Source: Thermococcus sp. JdFR-02
GTDB lineage: Archaea > Methanobacteriota_B > Thermococci > Thermococcales > Thermococcaceae
Reading direction: 5' to 3'
DNA length: 64,000 bases
NCBI GenBank assembly: GCA_002009975.1
Contig: MTLP01000042.1
Coordinates: forward strand, 160,001 to 224,000
The first letter of the stretch is position 1. Each line of letters opens with the position of its first letter. The notes under the pieces were generated by a model. That model made no database searches and had not been told where the DNA came from. It saw nothing but the letters and a program-made list of their open reading frames with translations. A program made the translations under genes and the position numbers. Positions 50,343 to 62,434 of the stretch are shown here, piece after piece.

Positions 50343-51164
50343 ATGAAAATAGGCATAACATACACAATAATGCGCAAAGAGGAGATAATGCTCAGAGATA
50401 GGGCAAAGGAGTTTGGGGAAGTGGTTATGCTCCATGATAGTGAAACAATCTTTCCAGAAAACTTTGACTTAGACATCGTGATAATAAGAAACGTTAGCCA
50501 CTTCAAAGCCCTATATATGGCAAAGCTCTTTGAAAGCTATGGAATTCCAACGGTTAATCCATTCAATATAATCCTTGAAGCAGGCGATAAGCTTTTCGCA
50601 ACGCTAAAACTTAGCAAGAAAGTTCCAGTGCCAAGATGGAGCGCTGCATTTGATAAGAAAAGTGCAATAAAAGCAATGGAAAGAATTGGCTATCCCGTGG
50701 TTATGAAGCCTGTCTTTGGAAGCTGGGGAAGAATGGTTAGCAAAATAAACGATTTGGATGCAGCTGAAGGAATTGTGGAGCATAGACAATGGATGGGAAA
50801 TCCTCTTTACAAGGTTTACTACATCCAAGAATACGTTGAAAAACCTGGCAGAGATATTAGAAGCCACGTTATTGGAGGAGAATTTGTAACTGCTATTTAT
50901 AGGTATTCCGACCATTGGGTAACCAATACTGCAAGGGGAGGAAGGGCAAAACCTTGCTATGATGAAGAAGTCAAAGAAATTTCAGTTAAGGCATGGGAAG
51001 CTTTTGGCGAGGGGGCTTTGGCAATAGACATATTTGAGAGCGATAGAGGATTGCTCGTTAATGAAGTTAACCCTGCTATGGAGTTCAAAAACGTAGTAAG
51101 GGTTACCGGTGTTGATGTGGCTAAAAAAATCGTTGAATATGCTATTGAGGTGGCTAAGAAATGA
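50343..51164 (+). CDS. lysX: LysW ligase LysX (RimK ATP-grasp)
   Basis: KPVFGSWG, QEYVEKPGRDIR, WVTNTARGG, NEVN. Confidence 0.95.
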   Translation: MKIGITYTIMRKEEIMLRDRAKEFGEVVMLHDSETIFPENFDLDIVIIRNVSHFKALYMAKLFESYGIPTVNPFNIILEAGDKLFATLKLSKKVPVPRWSAAFDKKSAIKAMERIGYPVVMKPVFGSWGRMVSKINDLDAAEGIVEHRQWMGNPLYKVYYIQEYVEKPGRDIRSHVIGGEFVTAIYRYSDHWVTNTARGGRAKPCYDEEVKEISVKAWEAFGEGALAIDIFESDRGLLVNEVNPAMEFKNVVRVTGVDVAKKIVEYAIEVAKK

Positions 51165-52153
51165 TAAAAGCAGCTGTTGTTGGTGCAAGCGGCTACATTG
51201 GAGGAGAGTTAGTTAGACTCTTAGCAATGCATCCCGAAGTTGAGATAAGTGCGGTAACATCAAGGCGTTACAATGGGAAGAAAATCCACAAAGTTCATCC
51301 AAATTTAAGGGGACTAAACCTTAAGTTTACCAATAACTACAACTTTGATGCGGATGTAGTATTTTTAGCCGTTCCACACGGAACTTCGATGAAGATAATT
51401 GACGAATACATGGGAAGTGCTAAGATAATTGACCTAAGTGCAGACTTTAGAGTAAGCTTAAACCTCTATGAAGAGTACTATGGAGAACATTTAAAACCAG
51501 AGCTTATAGATGAGTTCGTTTACGGCTTGCCAGAGATTCATAGAGAAGAAATCAAAAAAGCCGAGCTTATAGCAAACCCTGGCTGCAATGCAACAGCCGT
51601 AATTTTAGCATTGTATCCATTTAAAGGGGAAATTAGTGAGGCGATAGTGGATTTAAAAGTTAGCTCAAGTGCTGGAGGAAGAAGGGAAAACGTAGCAAGC
51701 ATTCACCCCGAAAGGAGCAATGTTGTTAGAATTTACAAATCATTCCATCATAGGCACGAAGCAGAAGTAAAGCAAGAAACCAAAGTTAATGCCCAATTTA
51801 CTGTTCATTCCGTTGATTTAGTAAGGGGGCTTTTAGCAACGATCTACTTTAAGATGGAGACCAATGAAAAAGAGCTTTATAAAAAATATTTCCTCTATTT
51901 AAAAGAGCCATTTGTAAGGATAGTTAAGGAAAAAGGAGGAATGCAGAGGTTACCCGATCCAAAATATGTAATAGGAAGTAACTTCGTTGATATTGGTTTC
52001 ACTTATGATGAGAAAAATCAAAGAGTGATTCTCTTTTCAGCATTGGACAATTTGATTAAAGGCGGTGCTGGACAAGCGGTGCAAAACATGAACATAGCCT
52101 TTGGATTAGACGAAACTCTCGGCTTAAATTATTTACCAGTTTATCCAATTTAG
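51161..52153 (+). CDS. lysY: LysY/ArgC reductase
   Basis: GASGYIG, DLSADFR, NPGCNAT, DNLIKGGAGQA. Confidence 0.94.
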   Translation: MIKAAVVGASGYIGGELVRLLAMHPEVEISAVTSRRYNGKKIHKVHPNLRGLNLKFTNNYNFDADVVFLAVPHGTSMKIIDEYMGSAKIIDLSADFRVSLNLYEEYYGEHLKPELIDEFVYGLPEIHREEIKKAELIANPGCNATAVILALYPFKGEISEAIVDLKVSSSAGGRRENVASIHPERSNVVRIYKSFHHRHEAEVKQETKVNAQFTVHSVDLVRGLLATIYFKMETNEKELYKKYFLYLKEPFVRIVKEKGGMQRLPDPKYVIGSNFVDIGFTYDEKNQRVILFSALDNLIKGGAGQAVQNMNIAFGLDETLGLNYLPVYPI

Positions 52154-52162
52154 GTGGGAAAG

Positions 52163-52885
52163 ATGAGAATCCTTAAAATCGGAGGAAGCGTTTTAGATAA
52201 ACTCGAGGAATTTGAACTTAGAGCAGATTTAATTGTTCACGGTGGCTCGGATTATGTTGATGCTCTATGTGAAAGGCTTGGAATTGGGGTTAAGAAACTA
52301 ACAAGCCCTTCTGGAGTAGAGTTTAGATACACTCCAAAGGAAGTGCTTGAAGTTTATTTAATGGCTGTAATGAAAGCCAACAAAGATATTGTTGCTTATC
52401 TTCAAAGTAAAGGGATCAATGCTATAGGCTTGAGCGGTCTCGACTTTGGAGTTGTAAAGGCTAAGAGGAAGAGGATAATTAAAGCTGTGATAAAAGGCAA
52501 AAGAGTTGTGATTAGGGACGATTACTCTGGAAAAATAGAGAGCGTTGATACTGATATTCTAATTAAGCTAATGGATCTTGGAGTTCCCGTTATAGCTCCA
52601 ATAGCTATGAGTGAAGCCTTTGAGCCCTTAAACGTTGATGGGGATAAGCTTGCAAAGGAGATAGCTCTAAACCTGAAAGCTGATGAGTTGACATTCCTAT
52701 CAGATACTGCTTTTTTGGTAAATGGAGGAGTTGTGGATAAAATAAAGGCTGATGAGCTTGAAGAGTTCCTTCCTTTTGCAAGAGGCGGAATGAAGAGGAA
52801 ACTGCTAATGGCAAGGACTGCACTTGAAGGTGGCGTCAAAAAGATTATCATCCAAGGCTTAAACGGCAGGACGGTGATTGAATGA
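52163..52885 (+). CDS. lysZ: LysZ/ArgB kinase
   Basis: KIGGS, VHGGS, LNVDGD, GGMKRK. Confidence 0.93.
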   Translation: MRILKIGGSVLDKLEEFELRADLIVHGGSDYVDALCERLGIGVKKLTSPSGVEFRYTPKEVLEVYLMAVMKANKDIVAYLQSKGINAIGLSGLDFGVVKAKRKRIIKAVIKGKRVVIRDDYSGKIESVDTDILIKLMDLGVPVIAPIAMSEAFEPLNVDGDKLAKEIALNLKADELTFLSDTAFLVNGGVVDKIKADELEEFLPFARGGMKRKLLMARTALEGGVKKIIIQGLNGRTVIE

Positions 52886-53973
52886 GGGAGATGAATCTTT
52901 ACAAGAAAAGACTAAAGCTCGTTAGAGGAAAAGGCGTTTATGTTTGGGATGAAAATGGGAACAAATACCTTGATGCCATAGCTGGAATTGGCGTGGCTAT
53001 ATTGGGGCACTCAAATGAAGAGTTAGCAAGTGCAATAAATGAGCAAATGGAAAAGCTTGTAGTTGCTGGTCCTATGTTCCATCATGAGGAGAAAGATGAA
53101 GCCTTAGAGGAACTTTCCAAATTCCTCAGCTTTGAATATGCTTATTTTGGAAATTCCGGGACTGAGGCTGTTGAAGCAGCTTTAAAATTTGCCCGCCTTT
53201 ATACCGGCAAAAAAGAGATAATAGCGATGACAAAAGCCTTTCATGGGAGAACCTTTGGTTCTCTAAGCGCAACTTGGAAGAAAAAATATAGGGAAGGTTT
53301 TGAGCCTTTAGTTCCTGGATTTAAGCATATTCCATTCAATAACATTGAGGTTGCAAAAGAGGCTATAACCAAAGAAACTGCCGCTGTAATAGTTGAGCCA
53401 ATTCAAGGAGAAGGTGGAATAATCCCTGCAAAAGAGGAGTTTATCAAAACTTTAAGGGATTTAACCCAAGATAACGGGGCTTTGCTAATAGTTGATGAGG
53501 TTCAAAGCGCCTTTAGAAGTGGAAAGTTTCTGGCAATAGAGCACTACAAAGTTCAGCCCGATATAGTTACAATGGGCAAAGGGTTAGCAAATGGAATTCC
53601 AATTGGACTAACGCTAACCAACTTCGACATCCCGAGAGGAAAGCACGGTTCAACTTTTGGAGGAAATCCCCTTGCTTGCAAAGCTATGGCAACGACATTG
53701 AAGATCTTAAGGAGAGAAAAGCTCATAGAAAAAGCTAAAGAAAAGGGCATAAGTATAGAAGGGGACAAAGTAATAATGACGAGAGGTAAAGGACTAATGC
53801 TTGGAGTTCTTTTGAAAGAGAATGCTGGGAAATATGTAGAAAAGCTTCAAGAGAGAGGATTATTGGTAAATACAGCTGGGAATAGAGTGATTAGGCTTTT
53901 ACCTCCACTGATAATTACAAAGGAGCAGATGCTTTGGGTCAAGGAAACTATTGAAGGTGTCCTTAATGGTTAG
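52882..53973 (+). CDS. lysJ: LysJ/ArgD class III aminotransferase
   Basis: [35 protein letters not shown]. Confidence 0.94.
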   Translation: MREMNLYKKRLKLVRGKGVYVWDENGNKYLDAIAGIGVAILGHSNEELASAINEQMEKLVVAGPMFHHEEKDEALEELSKFLSFEYAYFGNSGTEAVEAALKFARLYTGKKEIIAMTKAFHGRTFGSLSATWKKKYREGFEPLVPGFKHIPFNNIEVAKEAITKETAAVIVEPIQGEGGIIPAKEEFIKTLRDLTQDNGALLIVDEVQSAFRSGKFLAIEHYKVQPDIVTMGKGLANGIPIGLTLTNFDIPRGKHGSTFGGNPLACKAMATTLKILRREKLIEKAKEKGISIEGDKVIMTRGKGLMLGVLLKENAGKYVEKLQERGLLVNTAGNRVIRLLPPLIITKEQMLWVKETIEGVLNG

Positions 53974-54961
53974 CGAAGAGGAAAAAATTGAGTTTTTGAA
54001 AGAGTTGGTTAACATTTACAGTCCAAGCGGTAAAGAAGAAAAAGTAGCCAAGTTTTTAGTTGAAAGTTTTGAAAGCTTTGGAGCTAAGGCATACATTGAT
54101 AAAGTGGGAAATGTTATAGCAGAAAAGAAAGGAAAAGGGAATAAAATCCTTTTAGCCGGGCATATGGACACTGTTGAAGGAATAATTCCCGTTAGGATCG
54201 AAAATAACTATTTATGGGGAAGAGGTAGCGTTGATGCTAAAGGTCCTTTAGCGGCTCTCTTTTTTGCATTCATTGAAAGTAAGGCAAATTTAATTTTTGC
54301 ATCACTTGTCGATGAAGAAGGATTTTCAAAAGGTGCTAAAAATTTGAATGTTCCAAAGCCAGATTTTATAATAATTGGAGAGCCAAGCGGCTTTGATGGA
54401 GTTACAATCGCTTATAAGGGAAGTTTAACGATGAAGTTTGTGGAAAAAGTTGAGAAGTTTCATGGGAGTTTAAACTCAAAAGGCGCTGCAGAAAAGCTAA
54501 TTGAAAAATGGCTCAAGATAAGCAGAAATTTTGGTGAAGGCTTTGATAAGCCAAGTGGCAGGATTTTGAGATTTGAAGCTTATGAGAGAGATTTTGACTT
54601 TTACGGGGAGATGATAGTTAATATTAGAACACCTATTGGCTATGAACCACCGATTGAAGGAGAAATTTTAGATTTTGTTCCCGCTTATGAAGTATCTATA
54701 AAAAGCCCATTGGTTAGGGCTTTTATTAGGGCTATAAGAAAAGGTGGTGCAAAGCCAAGGCTTAAAAAGAAGAGTGGAACAGCGGATATGAACATCTTGG
54801 CTCCTAAATTTGGGGTCGATGCAGTAGCTTATGGTCCAGGCGATTCCAAGTTAGACCATACTCCCTATGAACGCTTAAACTTGGAAGAATATTTGAAAGC
54901 AATAGAAGTGTTAAAAGCGGCTTTGGAGGAAATTAAAATCTTACAACCCCCTAAAGATTGA
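53966..54961 (+). CDS. lysK: LysK/ArgE LysW-hydrolase
   Basis: [33 protein letters not shown]. Confidence 0.94.
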   Translation: MVSEEEKIEFLKELVNIYSPSGKEEKVAKFLVESFESFGAKAYIDKVGNVIAEKKGKGNKILLAGHMDTVEGIIPVRIENNYLWGRGSVDAKGPLAALFFAFIESKANLIFASLVDEEGFSKGAKNLNVPKPDFIIIGEPSGFDGVTIAYKGSLTMKFVEKVEKFHGSLNSKGAAEKLIEKWLKISRNFGEGFDKPSGRILRFEAYERDFDFYGEMIVNIRTPIGYEPPIEGEILDFVPAYEVSIKSPLVRAFIRAIRKGGAKPRLKKKSGTADMNILAPKFGVDAVAYGPGDSKLDHTPYERLNLEEYLKAIEVLKAALEEIKILQPPKD

Positions 54962-55110
54962 TATAAAGCACTTAATTAGCTTTACAGAGGTCGTTAAGGA
55001 TATTTATTTTTTATGAATGAGAAAGCGCTGAGAATTTACTGATAAACTTGAAGAAAGATATGTGATTATAAACCACAAGATTTTTATAAAAGTTTGTGGA
55101 TAATAATCAC

Positions 55111-56379
55111 ATGCTTAGTGTTGAAGAACTAAAAAGGATTATCATAACACAGCGGGAAGAGATGGATGAATTCTTAAACAGAGAAAGACTTATTGAAAGA
55201 GAAGTAGATAGGAGAAGATTGCTAAAGTTCCTTCAATATCCAAATATTTTAGCAATTCTTGGAGTTAGAAGATCCGGAAAATCCGTGTTAAGCTGGCTTT
55301 TAATGAGAGGCAAGAAATTTGGATACATAAACTTCTTTGATGAAAGGTTGCTTGGCTTTTCACCAGAAGATTTTGAAAAGCTTGTGCAGGCATTCCACGA
55401 GCTCTACGGTGACCTAGATTATTTTGTGTTTGATGAAATACAAAGTGTGCAAGGTTGGGAGAGATTCCTCTCAAGGGTGAGAACTTCAAAGAGAGTTATA
55501 ATCACTGGCAGCAGTTCAAATCTTCTCTCTGGCGAGCTTTCAACAGTCCTAACAGGTAGATATGTAAGCTTTGTGCTCTATCCCTTTAGCTTTAAAGAAT
55601 TTTTGGAATTTAAAGGAATAAAGTTGGAAAAAAACTGGATGTACTCCACAAAAGAGACTGCTAAGGTCAAGAAAGCGCTGGAAGAATACATCAAGCTCGG
55701 TGGTTTTCCGGAAGCATTGAAGTTTGGTAGGATATATCTTCAAACCATATACAGGGATATAGTGGAAAAGGATGTGCTGTTTAGATATAAAATAAGGGAT
55801 ATTCAAGCACTGAGGGAATTAGCCAAATATCTCATCTCAAACTTTTCTAAAGAGATAACTTACGGCAAACTGAAGAATTTAATCAACATCAAGGACGTGC
55901 ATACGGTGAAAAATTATGTTGAATACTTGGAGAGAGCATATTTAATTTTTCAAGTTAAAAGATTCTCGTTTAAACTAAAAAGTCAGATGCTATCTCCAAG
56001 AAAAGTCTATGCTGTTGATACTGGGTTGATAAATGCCGTTTCGTTTAAATTCAGCGAAAACATTGGTAGATTGATGGAAAACCTTGTTTTTTTGGAACTT
56101 TTGAGAAGGAGAAGCTACAAATTCTCAGACTATGAAATTTATTACTGGAAAGACGCTAAAGGAGAGGTAGATTTCGTCGTTAAGAGCGAAAACAAAGTTA
56201 CACAGTTAATACAAGTTACATATGAACTGAACAAGGAGAACTTTGAGAGAGAAGTTGCATCTCTGCTGAAGGCTTCAAAAGAGTTAAAGTGCAAGGAACT
56301 GCTACTCATAACATGGGGTCAGGAAGATACCATAAAAGAGGGAGTTAAAATAATCCCCCTATGGAAGTGGTTGCTTTAG
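55111..56379 (+). CDS. COG1373 ATPase (AAA_14 + DUF4143, C-terminal PD-(D/E)xK-like)
   Basis: GVRRSGKS, FDEIQ, TGSSS, GGFPE, K.Y..DTGL, EN.V, EVDFV...IQV. Confidence 0.88.
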   Translation: MLSVEELKRIIITQREEMDEFLNRERLIEREVDRRRLLKFLQYPNILAILGVRRSGKSVLSWLLMRGKKFGYINFFDERLLGFSPEDFEKLVQAFHELYGDLDYFVFDEIQSVQGWERFLSRVRTSKRVIITGSSSNLLSGELSTVLTGRYVSFVLYPFSFKEFLEFKGIKLEKNWMYSTKETAKVKKALEEYIKLGGFPEALKFGRIYLQTIYRDIVEKDVLFRYKIRDIQALRELAKYLISNFSKEITYGKLKNLINIKDVHTVKNYVEYLERAYLIFQVKRFSFKLKSQMLSPRKVYAVDTGLINAVSFKFSENIGRLMENLVFLELLRRRSYKFSDYEIYYWKDAKGEVDFVVKSENKVTQLIQVTYELNKENFEREVASLLKASKELKCKELLLITWGQEDTIKEGVKIIPLWKWLL

Positions 56380-56391
56380 CCTGAAGGATCA

Positions 56392-57135
56392 CTATTTTTG
56401 GATCAGGTTTAACAATTTCTCTACAGCTTCATTCACATCTTTTGCATCTCTTCCTATCATCACAAAGCCAAACTCTTTTCCATAAGCTTTTTTGTAATTT
56501 TCCACTAAAAGACCATCGTTCACCGTGTCACCGATATAAACTCCTCTTTCTCCTTTAACCAGATGCCAAAGAGCTTTTGGATCTGGTTTAACATAAAGCT
56601 CTCTTGTAACTGCACTTTCAAAGTGGAAGCCAATGAGTTCTTCAGCTAATTTAAGCTCAAGTTTGTTCCTTCCAGTTATAACACCAAGCTTAAACTTTTC
56701 ATTTGCTCTTTCCAAGAGCTCACTCTTAACTATCGGCTTCTCTTTTTTCCAAAGTCCATCAAATTGAAAAGCACTCTCTTCATAGTATCCACCTAAATAA
56801 AAGGTATTAAAAACTCTCTCAATTTCTTCTGACTTAACAATAATCCCAAATTTTTCTCTAACCCACTTAATCCCCTCTCCCTCTGGAAAGCTCTCAACAA
56901 AATCACTTAACTTTCCATTTAAAGCACCAGATATTAACGCTTCACTAACTTTAAAATCGTCTCCAAAAGCGCCTTTTCTTCTCAATACCCTTATTAACTC
57001 TAAGTCAACTTCAATGTTTTTACCAAGCTTTTTTAGAAAATACTCCACCGTGAGCTTTGTTGCTAAGTCATAGCTCTCAGTAACGTCAATCAAAACGCCG
57101 TCAACATCAAAGATTATCCATTTTAGCTTTTTCAT
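56392..57135 (-). CDS. HAD hydrolase closing the his operon (candidate histidinol-phosphate phosphatase)
   Basis: FDVDGVL, ITGR, KPDP, YIGD; overlaps hisC stop. Confidence 0.8.
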   Translation of the reverse strand: MKKLKWIIFDVDGVLIDVTESYDLATKLTVEYFLKKLGKNIEVDLELIRVLRRKGAFGDDFKVSEALISGALNGKLSDFVESFPEGEGIKWVREKFGIIVKSEEIERVFNTFYLGGYYEESAFQFDGLWKKEKPIVKSELLERANEKFKLGVITGRNKLELKLAEELIGFHFESAVTRELYVKPDPKALWHLVKGERGVYIGDTVNDGLLVENYKKAYGKEFGFVMIGRDAKDVNEAVEKLLNLIQK

Positions 57136-58139
57136 TATTTGACCCCCAAAAACTCGTTCAATGCTTTAATCAACTCATTATTTTCCTCCCTTTTACCAAT
57201 GGTAACCCTTATGTGATTAGACAATCTACCGCTCAGATTTCTCACAACTATACCCTTCTCAAGCAGAAACTCGTAAGCGTTGAGCTTCATGAGTAAAAAG
57301 TTGGCTTCACTTGGATAAACATAATCTTTGAACTCCTTGTAAATCCTATCTCTTTCTTTAATTATGTAATTAATGTTTTGTTTAATTACATCATAATGGT
57401 CAAGCATAAGCTCTGCTATCTTCATTGAAAGGGCATTTAGGCTGAAAGGCGACTTAATGCGCAAAAGATAGTCTATTATTTCCTCACTTGCAACAGCATA
57501 GCCAACTCTAATTCCAGCTAATCCAAAAGCCTTTGAAAAAGTTCTCAAAATGACTAAGTTCTCATATTCATTAACTAAATCCACATTACTTCCTTTCGCA
57601 AACTCTATGTATGCTTCATCTAAAATCACTGGAGCGCCGGTTTCAAGGACACTTATTATCTTTTCTCTCTCTTGAGTGTTACCTGTGGGATTGTTTGGTG
57701 AGCAGATAAAGATAGCTTTCGCCTTTTCCGCATAATCTTCAACGTTCTGCAGTTTAAAATTTTCATCTAATGGGACATCAACGAGTTTAATTCCTTCAAG
57801 CTTTGCGTAGAAGTTGTACATTCCAAAGGTTGGAGAGCTTATAACTATGTGTTCTCCTTCAAAGAGCTTTAGGAGATAGGAGATAAGCTCATCGCTCCCA
57901 TTTCCAACGATTATATTCTCTTTTTCAAATCCCAAAAACTCTGCTATTCTTTCCCTTAGAGGATCTGCGGTTATGTGTGGATAGCGGTTTAGAGGTATTT
58001 TCTTCACTTCCTCGAAAATTTCATCTTTAATCTCTTCGGGTAAATCAAAAGGGCTTTCATTCTTATCAAGCCAAATTTTGTAGTTTCCTTCAACCACTTT
58101 ATAGGGCTTGAAGGCTTTAATTATCTCCTCAATCCTCAC
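57135..58139 (-). CDS. hisC: Histidinol-phosphate aminotransferase
   Basis: [34 protein letters not shown]. Confidence 0.96.
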   Translation of the reverse strand: MRIEEIIKAFKPYKVVEGNYKIWLDKNESPFDLPEEIKDEIFEEVKKIPLNRYPHITADPLRERIAEFLGFEKENIIVGNGSDELISYLLKLFEGEHIVISSPTFGMYNFYAKLEGIKLVDVPLDENFKLQNVEDYAEKAKAIFICSPNNPTGNTQEREKIISVLETGAPVILDEAYIEFAKGSNVDLVNEYENLVILRTFSKAFGLAGIRVGYAVASEEIIDYLLRIKSPFSLNALSMKIAELMLDHYDVIKQNINYIIKERDRIYKEFKDYVYPSEANFLLMKLNAYEFLLEKGIVVRNLSGRLSNHIRVTIGKREENNELIKALNEFLGVK

Positions 58140-58768
58140 TTTCTACGCCCCCTAAGCTCTTTCATAACCTCGCTTAGGCTTATTTCATTATAAGCGAGCA
58201 AAACTAAGAGGTGATAGAGTAAATCAGCAGTTTCATAGATTATTCTTTCTCTTTCTTCAGCGACCAAAACTTCTACTGCTTCTTCCCCAAATTTCTTGTA
58301 TATCTTTTCTTTCCCCTCTTTGAAAAGCTTTGAAGTGTAGGAACCTTCTTTTGGATTTTCTTTGCGCTGCTTTATGACCTCCTCAAGCTCCCTCAAAACT
58401 GTCAATGAGTAGTCAATCCCCCCAACTTCCCTCTCTAGCTCTCCTAATTTCCTGTAAAAGCAGCTCCTATTGCCGGTGTGGCAAGCTACACCAACTTGCT
58501 CAACTATTAAAAGCAACGCATCACTGTCGCAGTCTATCTTTATCTCTTTAACTTTTTGAACGTTCCCGCTAACCTCGCCCTTCATCCTAATTCTCTTTTG
58601 ACTCCTTGAATAATAATGTGCATAACCTGTCTCTAAAGTTTTTCTCAGCGCTTCCTCATTCATATAAGCCAAAGTCAAAACTTCTCCATCAACGCTCTGC
58701 ACAATAACCGGAACTATTTCGCTTTTCTCCCAGTTGACCTGCTTTATAAGCTCATTCAAGTCTGACAT
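58136..58768 (-). CDS. hisIE: Bifunctional PR-AMP cyclohydrolase / PR-ATP pyrophosphatase
   Basis: [30 protein letters not shown]. Confidence 0.96.
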   Translation of the reverse strand: MSDLNELIKQVNWEKSEIVPVIVQSVDGEVLTLAYMNEEALRKTLETGYAHYYSRSQKRIRMKGEVSGNVQKVKEIKIDCDSDALLLIVEQVGVACHTGNRSCFYRKLGELEREVGGIDYSLTVLRELEEVIKQRKENPKEGSYTSKLFKEGKEKIYKKFGEEAVEVLVAEERERIIYETADLLYHLLVLLAYNEISLSEVMKELRGRRK

Positions 58769-59507
58769 TCACACCCCTCCTCGCTAAATACTCCTTAAGC
58801 TCTCTAACGGTGTACTTTCCATAGTGAAAGATTGATGCAGCTAAAGCCGCGCTTGCACCAATTTCAAATGCATCATAGAAGTGTTCTGGACTTCCAGCAC
58901 CTCCAGAGGCAATAACGGGAATGTCAACAGCCTCGACTATTGCTTTAGTTAGGGGTATGTCAAAGCCCTCCTGCGTTCCATCCGTGTCCATAGAAGTGAG
59001 CAAAATCTCACCAGCTCCCAAACATTCGACCTCTTTAGCCCACTCTATTGCATCTATCCCTCTCGCTTTTCTTCCTCCGTGAGTATAAACCTCCCAAAAC
59101 TTCCCATTCCATTTAGCATCTATCGCTATTACTAAATTCGCACTCCCAACAACTTTTGCCGCTTCACTTACGAGTTTTGGATTGTCAACAGCCGCCGTGT
59201 TGAGGAAAACCTTATCGGCACCGCTCTTTATTATTTCTCTAATCTCCTCAACGCTCTTAATCCCCCCACCAACCGTGAAGGGAACGTAAATCTCCTCAGC
59301 TATCCTCTTTACCAAATCGAGGAGAATTTGCCTCTTTTCGTAAGATGCAGTAATGTCGAGGAAAACTATCTCGTCTATCCCTTCCTCCTCATAGCGCTTT
59401 GCCAGCTCTATTGGGTCTCCGGCATCTCTGATATTCTGAAACTTTATTCCCTTTACAACTCTCCCCTCTTTTATGTCCAAGGCAGCGATAATCCTCTTAG
59501 CGAGCAT
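58752..59507 (-). CDS. hisF: IGP synthase cyclase subunit
   Basis: [35 protein letters not shown]. Confidence 0.97.
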   Translation of the reverse strand: MLAKRIIAALDIKEGRVVKGIKFQNIRDAGDPIELAKRYEEEGIDEIVFLDITASYEKRQILLDLVKRIAEEIYVPFTVGGGIKSVEEIREIIKSGADKVFLNTAAVDNPKLVSEAAKVVGSANLVIAIDAKWNGKFWEVYTHGGRKARGIDAIEWAKEVECLGAGEILLTSMDTDGTQEGFDIPLTKAIVEAVDIPVIASGGAGSPEHFYDAFEIGASAALAASIFHYGKYTVRELKEYLARRGVNVRLE

Positions 59508-60190
59508 CACAATACCTCCAAAATCTCTTCTAAGCTTATTTTCTCCTCATAGAGAGCTTTTCCAACTATTGCTCCAGAGAACCCAATTTCTTTGAGCTTT
59601 AGGATATCTTCAACGCTTGAGACCCCACCAGCATAGATGAACTCCTCTCTGCCCCAAAAGCGCTCTATCTTTTCAATTCCCGTCAATGTGCCGTCCTTTT
59701 CTATTGCCGTGTAAATGAACCTATTAACGTACTTTTTGAGCATCTCGTAAGCCTCTTCAACGGTTATAGAGCTCTCCTCCTCCCAGCCTTTTACAGCTAT
59801 CCTCCCGCCTTTAGCATCTAAACTTACAGTTATCCCTTCAAAATCCTGCGTTATTTTTTCTAAAAACTCCAAATCAAAGGCTTTTGTGCCTATTATGACG
59901 TTCTCAACTCCAATTGAGTAGGCTTTCGCTATGCTCCCATAGTCCCTAAAGCCTCCACCTACCTGAACCTTCAGCCCCGTCTCCTCTATTATTCTCCTCA
60001 CGACGTCGAGGTTCTTTGGCTTTCCTTCAAAGGCCCCATCTAAGTCAACAACGTGTATTTTATCGAGAAGCTTGGCAAAATCCTTAGCTATCTCTACTGG
60101 ATCTCCATAAACTTTTATGCTCTCTTTTTTACCCTTATAGAGCCTCACAGCTTTCCCACTCATTAAATCTATTGCAGGGTAAATCCTCAT
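59507..60190 (-). CDS. hisA: ProFAR isomerase
   Basis: [25 protein letters not shown]. Confidence 0.96.
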   Translation of the reverse strand: MRIYPAIDLMSGKAVRLYKGKKESIKVYGDPVEIAKDFAKLLDKIHVVDLDGAFEGKPKNLDVVRRIIEETGLKVQVGGGFRDYGSIAKAYSIGVENVIIGTKAFDLEFLEKITQDFEGITVSLDAKGGRIAVKGWEEESSITVEEAYEMLKKYVNRFIYTAIEKDGTLTGIEKIERFWGREEFIYAGGVSSVEDILKLKEIGFSGAIVGKALYEEKISLEEILEVL

Positions 60191-60191
60191 C

Positions 60192-60779
60192 TCACAGCCT
60201 CCTGAAGTTTTCTAAAAGCCTCAACCCATTTTTGCTCGACTTTTCTGGGTGAAACTGAACTCCAAAGACGTTATCTTTGCAAACTGCTGAAGGAAATACT
60301 ACTTTCTTCCCCTTTGACTCATAATCCGTTACAGCTGCAATCACTTCTTTGTCTTGAGGATTTACGTAGTAGGAGTGCACGAAGTAGAAGTAGCTCCCGT
60401 TCTTGATTCCATCAAAGAGTGGGCACTCTTTAGCAGGAAAAACTTGATTCCAGCCTATGTGAGGGACTCTAACACCTTTAAACTTCACTACATTGCCTTT
60501 AAAGACTTCTAAGCCTTTCCCTTCGCTTTCTTCACTACACTCAAACAAAAGCTGCATCCCCAAGCATATCCCGAGGAATGGTTTTCCTTCATTGATCGCA
60601 TCTAAGATCGTTCCTTTTAGAGGCTCAAGCCTTTTCATCACTGCTCCAAAGTTCCCTACCCCTGGGAGCACAATTTTATCAGCTCTCTCAATCTCATAGG
60701 GGTCACTCGTGATTATTCCACCCAAGGCTTTTCTAACATTTGCCAAGTTCCCAATCCCTAAATCAACTATTGCTATCAT
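60192..60779 (-). CDS. hisH: IGP synthase glutaminase subunit
   Basis: LPGVGNF, GICLGMQ, YFVHSY, QFHPEKS. Confidence 0.97.
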   Translation of the reverse strand: MIAIVDLGIGNLANVRKALGGIITSDPYEIERADKIVLPGVGNFGAVMKRLEPLKGTILDAINEGKPFLGICLGMQLLFECSEESEGKGLEVFKGNVVKFKGVRVPHIGWNQVFPAKECPLFDGIKNGSYFYFVHSYYVNPQDKEVIAAVTDYESKGKKVVFPSAVCKDNVFGVQFHPEKSSKNGLRLLENFRRL

Positions 60780-61310
60780 TCACAGCACCCCTTTTGTGCT
60801 TTCCAAACGCTCGCTCTCTTCCAAAGCCTTTCTTAAAGCGACGCCGAGTCCTTTAAATGCCGCCTCAATGACGTGGTGGGCATTAACTCCGCTCAGCTGC
60901 TTCACGTGAATTGTAGCATTTAGTGTCCTCGCTAAAGCCCAGAGAAACTCCCTAACTAAAGTGAGCTCAAATCCCTCTTCGCTCTCTTTGAAATCAAGCT
61001 CGAGGTTTAAGTAAGGTCTCGAGATATCTACGGCAACCAAGACTAATGCATCGTCCATTGGCATTATCGCATTCCCAAAGCGTGCTATTTTCTTGCCCTT
61101 AATTTTCCCCCTAAGCTCTTCTCCAAGTGTAATAGCTAAGTCTTCCCATAAGTGATGCCTCAAATCCCATTTCGCTTTGACATTAGCCTTCTCTTGCATG
61201 TAAAAGAACAAAGCAGTAAGGAGGTGGTCTAATACCCTATCTCCAGTATTTATCTCCCCTTCAACGCCAATTTCGACAATTATATCAACTTCCTTAGTTT
61301 TTCTTCTCAT
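60780..61310 (-). CDS. hisB: Imidazoleglycerol-phosphate dehydratase
   Basis: [22 protein letters not shown]. Confidence 0.96.
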   Translation of the reverse strand: MRRKTKEVDIIVEIGVEGEINTGDRVLDHLLTALFFYMQEKANVKAKWDLRHHLWEDLAITLGEELRGKIKGKKIARFGNAIMPMDDALVLVAVDISRPYLNLELDFKESEEGFELTLVREFLWALARTLNATIHVKQLSGVNAHHVIEAAFKGLGVALRKALEESERLESTKGVL

Positions 61311-62434
61311 CTTCTTACCTCCAGAGCTTTTTTGTGGAGTTCTAACCCCTCAATCTCCGCTAAGCGAATTCCCAAATATCTTTCACTCAAGAACTCCTCT
61401 CTGCTGACGTAGGCTAAGCTAATTCTTTTCATAAAGTCCATAACCGTTAAAACCGAGCTGAATTTAGCCGCTCCACCAGTTGGAAGGACGTGATTGACTC
61501 CCAAGAAGTAATCCGCTGCTGGGACTGGTGTATACTCTCCCAAATAAATCGCCCCAGCATTTTCGATTAAGTCCACAAGCTTTAGAGGCTCTTTTGTGAG
61601 TATCTCCAAGTGCTCTGGAGCAATCTCATTGACCTTTTCCACACACTCCTCTAAGCTTTTGCACAAGACAACCTTAATGCCTTCCTTGTTACAATATTCT
61701 GCTAACTCTTTTGAAGTCGTGAGGAGCCAAGCCTTTGAGTCTTTCCCGTGCTCTAATTGGGAGAGCAGATCAGCCAAGACATAATCTTTATTTGCACTTT
61801 CATCAGCTATTACTGCTATCTCCGAAGGACCAGCTAAGCTGTCAATCCCAACAACGCCAAAAACCTGTCTCTTCGCTTCATTCACGAACTTGTTCCCAGG
61901 ACCAAAGATTTTGTCCACTTTCTTCATCCCAATGCCATAAGCCATTGCCCCAATTGCTTGGATTCCACCGAGCTTGTGGATCTCTTTAATATCGAGGAGC
62001 TTTGCAACGTAGAGGATATAGGGATTAATTTTTCCTTCTTTTGGTGGCGTAGTAACGACTATCTCCTTAACGCCAGCTATCTTTGCTGGAACCCCAACCA
62101 TTATGAGCGTTGAGGGGAGAGGCTTTCCTCCCGGAACGTAGATACCAATTCTTCTAATCGGCTTATAGATTATCCCGTAAAGCGATGCGTTCTTTATGTA
62201 GAGCTTATCATTTTCAAGCTGTCTTTCGTGGTACTCCTTAACGCGCTCGATAATTATTTGAATTATCTTTTTGTCCTCTTTTGGAATCAGTTTCTCAGCC
62301 TTTTCGAATTCTTCTTCTTTAACTAAAAACTCCCCCTCATAGTTATCAAACTTCTTTGAGTACTCCCTAAGAGCTTTAACTCCCCTAAACTTTATATCAT
62401 CTAAGATTTCTCTAACATAACTCTCTAACTTCAT
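61307..62434 (-). CDS. hisD: Histidinol dehydrogenase
   Basis: GIYVPGG, GPGN, AGPSE, QLEH, APEHL, NHVLPT. Confidence 0.96.
   Translation of the reverse strand: MKLESYVREILDDIKFRGVKALREYSKKFDNYEGEFLVKEEEFEKAEKLIPKEDKKIIQIIIERVKEYHERQLENDKLYIKNASLYGIIYKPIRRIGIYVPGGKPLPSTLIMVGVPAKIAGVKEIVVTTPPKEGKINPYILYVAKLLDIKEIHKLGGIQAIGAMAYGIGMKKVDKIFGPGNKFVNEAKRQVFGVVGIDSLAGPSEIAVIADESANKDYVLADLLSQLEHGKDSKAWLLTTSKELAEYCNKEGIKVVLCKSLEECVEKVNEIAPEHLEILTKEPLKLVDLIENAGAIYLGEYTPVPAADYFLGVNHVLPTGGAAKFSSVLTVMDFMKRISLAYVSREEFLSERYLGIRLAEIEGLELHKKALEVRR

Noticed and set aside
55012-55045. ATGAATGA...CTGA...CTGA as a possible C/D sRNA
   Set aside because: Non-canonical C box, guides too short, no C' box.
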